A DNA stretch of 11,379 nucleotides, taken from the NCBI GenBank assembly GCA_043825815.1, contig JBDRRI010000028.1, forward strand, positions 1 through 11,379. The letters are read 5' to 3'. Origin of the DNA: Candidatus Zixiibacteriota bacterium (GTDB lineage: Bacteria; Zixibacteria; MSB-5A5; GN15; PGXB01). Numbering within the stretch: position 1 is the first letter of the stretch; every line of letters begins with the position of its first letter. The position numbers and the translations under genes were made by a program. The notes beneath the pieces are model-generated. The model did no database searches, was not told where the DNA came from, and worked only from the letters and a program-made list of their open reading frames with translations. This document shows, piece by piece, positions 7,670 through 11,379 of the stretch.

Positions 7670-8341
7670 CTATATCTTCATGAGAACCAGAAAAAAAGAG
7701 GCAAACCAATCACTCTCAAAATCGAATCCATTAATTTCCTTCTCGGCCAACTTCATTTCCTCAATAACCCTCTTATCATCGGGGTTCATTTCATAAAGTT
7801 CTTCGAGTCGTTTTTTCATGGGCGCACAATATTCATTCCACCAAATGTCCTGAGGCAGTTCGAACCGTCCCACTGTGCTGTACCCGCAAGCGCGTGTCAA
7901 CTCGATCTTTTTCTGCGAGTCCGACAGCGCGTCATGTACTATGAGATATCCATTGGGCACCAGGAGAGCTCGCCACTCGCTGAGACCGCGTGCGAACCCA
8001 ATATATGAAATGGCACCCTCCGTCCAGATGATATCAAAACCGGCCGATGGGAAATTCATCTCCATCATGGATGTGTGCATCACAGTAATTCTGTCAGACA
8101 GACCTTCCTCCGCGGCTCGCTCGACAAGCCTGTCAAGTGCCTTTCCATTTATGTCCACAGCAATGATGTTGCCGTCGCTGATTCGAGCGAGCTCGAGAGT
8201 TGCTACTCCCGAACCACAACCAATATCCAGTATGCGGGGCTTATTCAGACGCGGCAACATGTAGAATGCCTTTCTAGTATATTTTAGGAGATTAGCCCGA
8301 AACCGATCGCGATTGAAAGTCTCTCTTTCCGAATAACTCAT
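7670..8341 (-). CDS. Class I SAM-dependent methyltransferase, 223 aa.
   Basis: Motif I ILDIGCGSGVATLELA (GxGxG SAM-binding loop). Acidic residue ending the beta-2 strand in IIAVDINGKA. Motif IV-like FDIIWTEGA. Substrate is unknown. Manual counts on two 120-nt samples give about 56-58% GC, higher than the plus-strand genes. Confidence 0.85.
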   Translation of the reverse strand: MSYSERETFNRDRFRANLLKYTRKAFYMLPRLNKPRILDIGCGSGVATLELARISDGNIIAVDINGKALDRLVERAAEEGLSDRITVMHTSMMEMNFPSAGFDIIWTEGAISYIGFARGLSEWRALLVPNGYLIVHDALSDSQKKIELTRACGYSTVGRFELPQDIWWNEYCAPMKKRLEELYEMNPDDKRVIEEMKLAEKEINGFDFESDWFASFFLVLMKI

Positions 8342-8418
8342 TGACCTGTTATCTCTCGTTTTTTGTACGCCACAGTTTGCTGTGAGATCGTTTGATTAAC
8401 ATCCAATTTATTCGGGGA

Positions 8419-8943
8419 CTACTTCACTTCATCAAAATAAACCCGGCCGTGTTCAATCCCCGCCCAATATGTCCTTATATTGATATCGCCGAAATCTTTC
8501 AACAGAGTTAGCGTCGCATCTTTCAGGTCAGTCTTACCTTTGGCAATGATCGGCAGGTTAACATGATACCCGCTCATTTTCTCATACCATCCGCAATCCT
8601 CGTGATTGATAATGATAATATTCTTTATCTTCTCGCTTTTGATATAAAATTTCACCTGTTCCCAGAGAATCTTGAAATTCTTTGGAAGAAATACTTTCAT
8701 TCCAAAGGCATGGGCTCCGCCGCCTATAATAATCGGAGTGTACTGCTTGATATGCAGTTCCTCGGTGATGAACCTCCGGAATGCAGTCTGAAATCTCGCA
8801 TCGCCGCAATGAATCACGATCGCTTCGGAAGCCTGGCTATCCACCGGATAATACACCCGACCGTCAGAGATCATATCCGGTTCGATATCGACTGTACTAT
8901 CGGTGGTATGTTGAATCATACTGCCTTTGTTAATCTTTCTCAT
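8419..8943 (-). CDS. Small cytoplasmic protein (174 aa) with a beta-class carbonic-anhydrase-like zinc-site signature; third gene of the NfeD-flotillin operon.
   Basis: CxDxR motif IHCGDARF (C46, D48, R50) and (hydrophobic)4-N-H-x-x-C-G motif IIIINHEDCGWY (H114, C117) occur in the order, spacing and strand context of the beta-CA Cys-His-Cys zinc site plus the Asp/Arg dyad (as in Cab-type beta-CA CxDxR...HxxCG). No signal peptide or TM segment. The start lies 11 nt after the flotillin stop, with AGGA about 7 nt upstream. A 120-nt sample is about 35% GC, very AT-rich relative to its neighbours. The fold assignment is pattern recognition, not a database hit. Confidence 0.75.
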   Translation of the reverse strand: MRKINKGSMIQHTTDSTVDIEPDMISDGRVYYPVDSQASEAIVIHCGDARFQTAFRRFITEELHIKQYTPIIIGGGAHAFGMKVFLPKNFKILWEQVKFYIKSEKIKNIIIINHEDCGWYEKMSGYHVNLPIIAKGKTDLKDATLTLLKDFGDINIRTYWAGIEHGRVYFDEVK

Positions 8944-8954
8944 ATTAGATCCTA

Positions 8955-10577
8955 CTAACCGGATTTCTTATCAGATTTTGGCGACGCCACGGCGTCCACC
9001 ATATCCTCAGTCTTGACACCGATCTTTTTAAGCAAATCGCCGACATCAATTCCGGCCGCCTTGGCCTGCTCCAAAAATTGGAAAATCATTGTCGGTCCAA
9101 CTTTGGAAAAACGGTTAAGGGCGCTGTCATCCTTGCCGTTGCCGCCGCTGTCGACAACGACCAGTTTATCAATATTCCCCATCGGGGCGGCGATAGATCC
9201 AAAAACGGACCCAAGAGATTGAATCGCTTGCGGAAGGACCTTTAATACCTCGAGGGTTATGGCGGCCTGATTGAACTGCTGATAGGCTTTGGCCAGTTCA
9301 TTAATCGAAACGGCCCGGGCCAGGCCCTGTTTCTCAATCACTTGCGCCTCGGCTAAACCTTTGCTCTGGATAACATCGGCTTCGGCCACACCGGTCACCT
9401 TGGTCGCCGCCGCCATACCTTCACCCTCGGCCTTCCGCTTATGCTGTTCGGCATCGGCCCGGGCAATCGTGGCATACTTGTCACCATCGGCGCGGGACTG
9501 CTGAGAAATCTTATACCCCTCGGCCTCTTTGATCTGGGCATCGGCCTTAGCTTTCGCGGGAACAACAATAACAGCCTCTTGAGATTTTTGCTCCCGAAGA
9601 ATATTCTGTTCTTCTACCGAAATCTGGGACCGGGACCGCTCTTCGTCAATCTTGACTTCGGCAATAATAACCTTCTGCCTTTGTTCGGCTGAAGCGAGCG
9701 GGCCGGCCTGCTCAGTCACCGCCTTTTCATGAGCAATTTCCGCCCAATATTTCTGCTTGGCTACTTCGGTGTTTTTCTGAGCCTCCGCCTCTATACGATC
9801 GTTTTCCTGAGCTACGACCTCGGCCTCGCGCTCCGCGTCAGTAGCCTTTTTCTTTGCCTCAGATAGCGCCTGAGCTTCTCCAATAGAGGCATCGCGTTTG
9901 ACCTCGGCCGTCCGCTTTTTACCGAGTGCTTCGATATATCCCTGTTCATCGGTGATCGATTGTGGATTAAAAACATCAATCTGCATCCCAAGCCGGGCTA
10001 AATCTTCACCGGCCTCACCCAGTACCTTTTGCCGAAAAGCATCGCGATCCTTAATAAGTTGGTCAACAGTTAATGTTCCGACAACGCCGCGAAGATTCGA
10101 TTCGAGAGTTTCCCGCGCAACTATTTGCACCTGTTCATGCGACATCCCCAGAAAACGGGCACCGGCCGCCAATAATGAATGAGCGTCATCCTTGAAACGG
10201 ATATTGGCAACCGCTTCTACTGTGACCAAAACGCCGTCAATATTGGGCATATTCTTTACAAAAATCTGAGGTAGTGATATTTCCGTCAGATCAAGAAATT
10301 GAACCGCTTCGATAATCGGTTTGCGAATTCGACCGCCGCCGGTTACAACCACTGTTCCTGGCGGTAGAACTGTCACCGTTGCCTCCTCTGGTCGGCCCGG
10401 TTGAGATATCCTCTGCACTCCCTTCTTACCGCTTTTCGCACCATAAAAGAAGGCCGCCTTGTTCGGAGGTACCCGAACATAAAAAGCCGATAGCGCCTTG
10501 ACTAAAATATAAATTGCAATCAATGCGGCCAATCCAATAATCGGCCAGGTCAAATATCCAAGCATATCCTGGGACAT
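8955..10577 (-). CDS. Flotillin-like SPFH/band-7 membrane-microdomain scaffold protein (FloT/YuaG-type), 540 aa.
   Basis: N-terminal membrane anchor MSQDMLGYLTWPIIGLAALIAIYILVKAL. SPFH domain (...VVTGGGRIRKPIIEAVQFLDLTEISLPQ...VLVTVEAVANIRF...). Long Ala/Glu/Gln/Lys-rich coiled-coil 'flotillin' region (EAQALSEAKKKATDAEREAEVVAQENDRIEAEAQKN...). C-terminal tail as in long flotillins. RBS AAGGAGGG (plus-strand 10585-10592) lies 7 nt upstream of the ATG. Confidence 0.92.
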   Translation of the reverse strand: MSQDMLGYLTWPIIGLAALIAIYILVKALSAFYVRVPPNKAAFFYGAKSGKKGVQRISQPGRPEEATVTVLPPGTVVVTGGGRIRKPIIEAVQFLDLTEISLPQIFVKNMPNIDGVLVTVEAVANIRFKDDAHSLLAAGARFLGMSHEQVQIVARETLESNLRGVVGTLTVDQLIKDRDAFRQKVLGEAGEDLARLGMQIDVFNPQSITDEQGYIEALGKKRTAEVKRDASIGEAQALSEAKKKATDAEREAEVVAQENDRIEAEAQKNTEVAKQKYWAEIAHEKAVTEQAGPLASAEQRQKVIIAEVKIDEERSRSQISVEEQNILREQKSQEAVIVVPAKAKADAQIKEAEGYKISQQSRADGDKYATIARADAEQHKRKAEGEGMAAATKVTGVAEADVIQSKGLAEAQVIEKQGLARAVSINELAKAYQQFNQAAITLEVLKVLPQAIQSLGSVFGSIAAPMGNIDKLVVVDSGGNGKDDSALNRFSKVGPTMIFQFLEQAKAAGIDVGDLLKKIGVKTEDMVDAVASPKSDKKSG

Positions 10578-10602
10578 TGAGATTCCCTCCTTAATTATAT
10601 GA

Positions 10603-11121
10603 TTATTGCACTTTTTCTACGGTAACAATATTACCGGTTTTTCCGGTAATTTTAACAATGGCGCCTTTATTGATCGTTTGACCATCACTGGACCTCGCCA
10701 AGAATGTAAATTCACGACCTCTGATGATGCATGAAATCTGGCCATTCCGGGTATTGTCGATCATATCAATGAGATTGGCCTGCTGTCCAATAATATCTGA
10801 ATCATCAATCGTCGAACTGGCCTGACTGGCGTAGAACATTCGTAAAATTAAATAGCCGATACTGCCCAGCACCACGGCTCCGACCATGCCCGCCATCGAG
10901 GATTGAAACATGGTCCAATCGGTAGTTGCGCGCATGCCAAACCCGGTGGCCCCAAATCCAACCATCAACATGGCTATCATTTTGATGCTAAAAATACTGG
11001 GCCCGTGTCCAATATCGGAATCAATATCAACATCGGCATCGATATCGGCGTCTCCGCCGAAAATCAAACTTATGAGAAGTATGAGAAAGCCAAATCCAAA
11101 TATTGACGCGAATATTATCAT
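10603..11121 (-). CDS. Short-form NfeD-like membrane protein (YuaF-type; membrane anchor plus C-terminal OB-fold beta-barrel), flotillin partner, 172 aa.
   Basis: N-terminal TM MIIFASIFGFGFLILLISLIFGG. Second hydrophobic hairpin MIAMLMVGFGATGFG...MAGMVGAVVLGSIGYLIL. C-terminal beta-rich region GQISCIIRGREFTFLARSSDGQTINKGAIVKITGKTGNIVTVEKV, typical of NfeD OB-fold. Located immediately upstream of flotillin (25-bp gap), the canonical NfeD-SPFH arrangement. RBS GGAGG (plus 11130-11134) lies 8 nt from the ATG. Confidence 0.85.
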   Translation of the reverse strand: MIIFASIFGFGFLILLISLIFGGDADIDADVDIDSDIGHGPSIFSIKMIAMLMVGFGATGFGMRATTDWTMFQSSMAGMVGAVVLGSIGYLILRMFYASQASSTIDDSDIIGQQANLIDMIDNTRNGQISCIIRGREFTFLARSSDGQTINKGAIVKITGKTGNIVTVEKVQ

Positions 11122-11303
11122 TATACATTCCTCCCCGTTTTATTTGCTCAATGATATACTGGATACAAATTAAAAAATTCAAATATATAAGTCAGCATTA
11201 AAATAATTGCCCGAGTTATTTAACGTAATTGTGAACATCAAATTAAACTTGGCAAAGTAGCCATAAACAAATTTCGTATAAAAGGAGAAATATAGCAGAA
11301 TTA

Positions 11304-11379
<76 letters not shown>

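Noticed and set aside
7625-8287. Plus-strand ORFs (127, 129 and 70 aa) overlapping the methyltransferase gene
   Set aside because: They are antisense to a CDS carrying clear SAM-binding motifs. The GC-rich region inflates antisense ORF length. Ser/Arg/Pro-rich low-complexity products.
8371-8384. 5-bp inverted repeat cacag-tttg-ctgtg between the beta-CA-like gene and the methyltransferase
   Set aside because: Too short and lacking a downstream U-tract on the minus strand to call a terminator. It could be an operator, but there is no second copy or recognisable motif.
8563-8958. Plus-strand 131-aa ORF and minus-strand 75-aa ORF (8582..8809, different frame) overlapping the beta-CA-like gene
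   Set aside because: The minus-strand 174-aa frame carries two spaced, order-correct zinc-site motifs. The competing frames have no motifs and poor start contexts.
9013-10182. Several plus-strand ORFs (69-94 aa) opposite the flotillin gene
   Set aside because: Antisense to a 540-aa ORF with unmistakable SPFH and coiled-coil features. Ala/Ser/Pro/Arg-rich products typical of GC-rich antisense frames.
10903-11173. Plus-strand 67- and 87-aa ORFs opposite the NfeD gene
   Set aside because: Antisense overlap with a gene that has a proper RBS, TM segments and C-terminal beta-barrel features. Low-complexity translations.

Overview
The window holds two oppositely oriented gene blocks with convergent 3' ends near 7.6 kb. 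No CRISPR array, rRNA, transposase or integrase is recognisable.

Plus strand (1-7563) is a secreted-protease locus:
- A 5'-truncated hypothetical ORF ends at 364.
- A 1244-aa subtilisin-like S8 protease follows, with D/H/S triad motifs present, two tandem beta-sandwich modules, eight calcium-loop FG-GAP-like repeats and a textbook T9SS (Por) C-terminal sorting domain.
- A 285-bp AT-rich spacer carries a near-consensus sigma70-like promoter upstream of a small signal-peptide ORF of 91 aa.
- A translationally coupled pair of M16 (pitrilysin-family) peptidases follows: one subunit has the HxxEH zinc motif, the other is a lipoprotein without it.
- The block ends in a strong hairpin plus T-tract that looks like a bidirectional terminator.

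Minus strand (11379 back to 7670) begins with a complete tRNA-Arg(TCT) at the window edge. A tight NfeD / flotillin (SPFH) / small beta-carbonic-anhydrase-fold operon follows, then a class I SAM-dependent methyltransferase.

The T9SS sorting domain points to a Bacteroidota/FCB-group genome of roughly 45% GC.

The most unusual item is the 174-aa protein carrying both beta-CA zinc-site motifs (CxDxR ... HxxCG), translationally coupled downstream of flotillin. I do not recognise that gene association.
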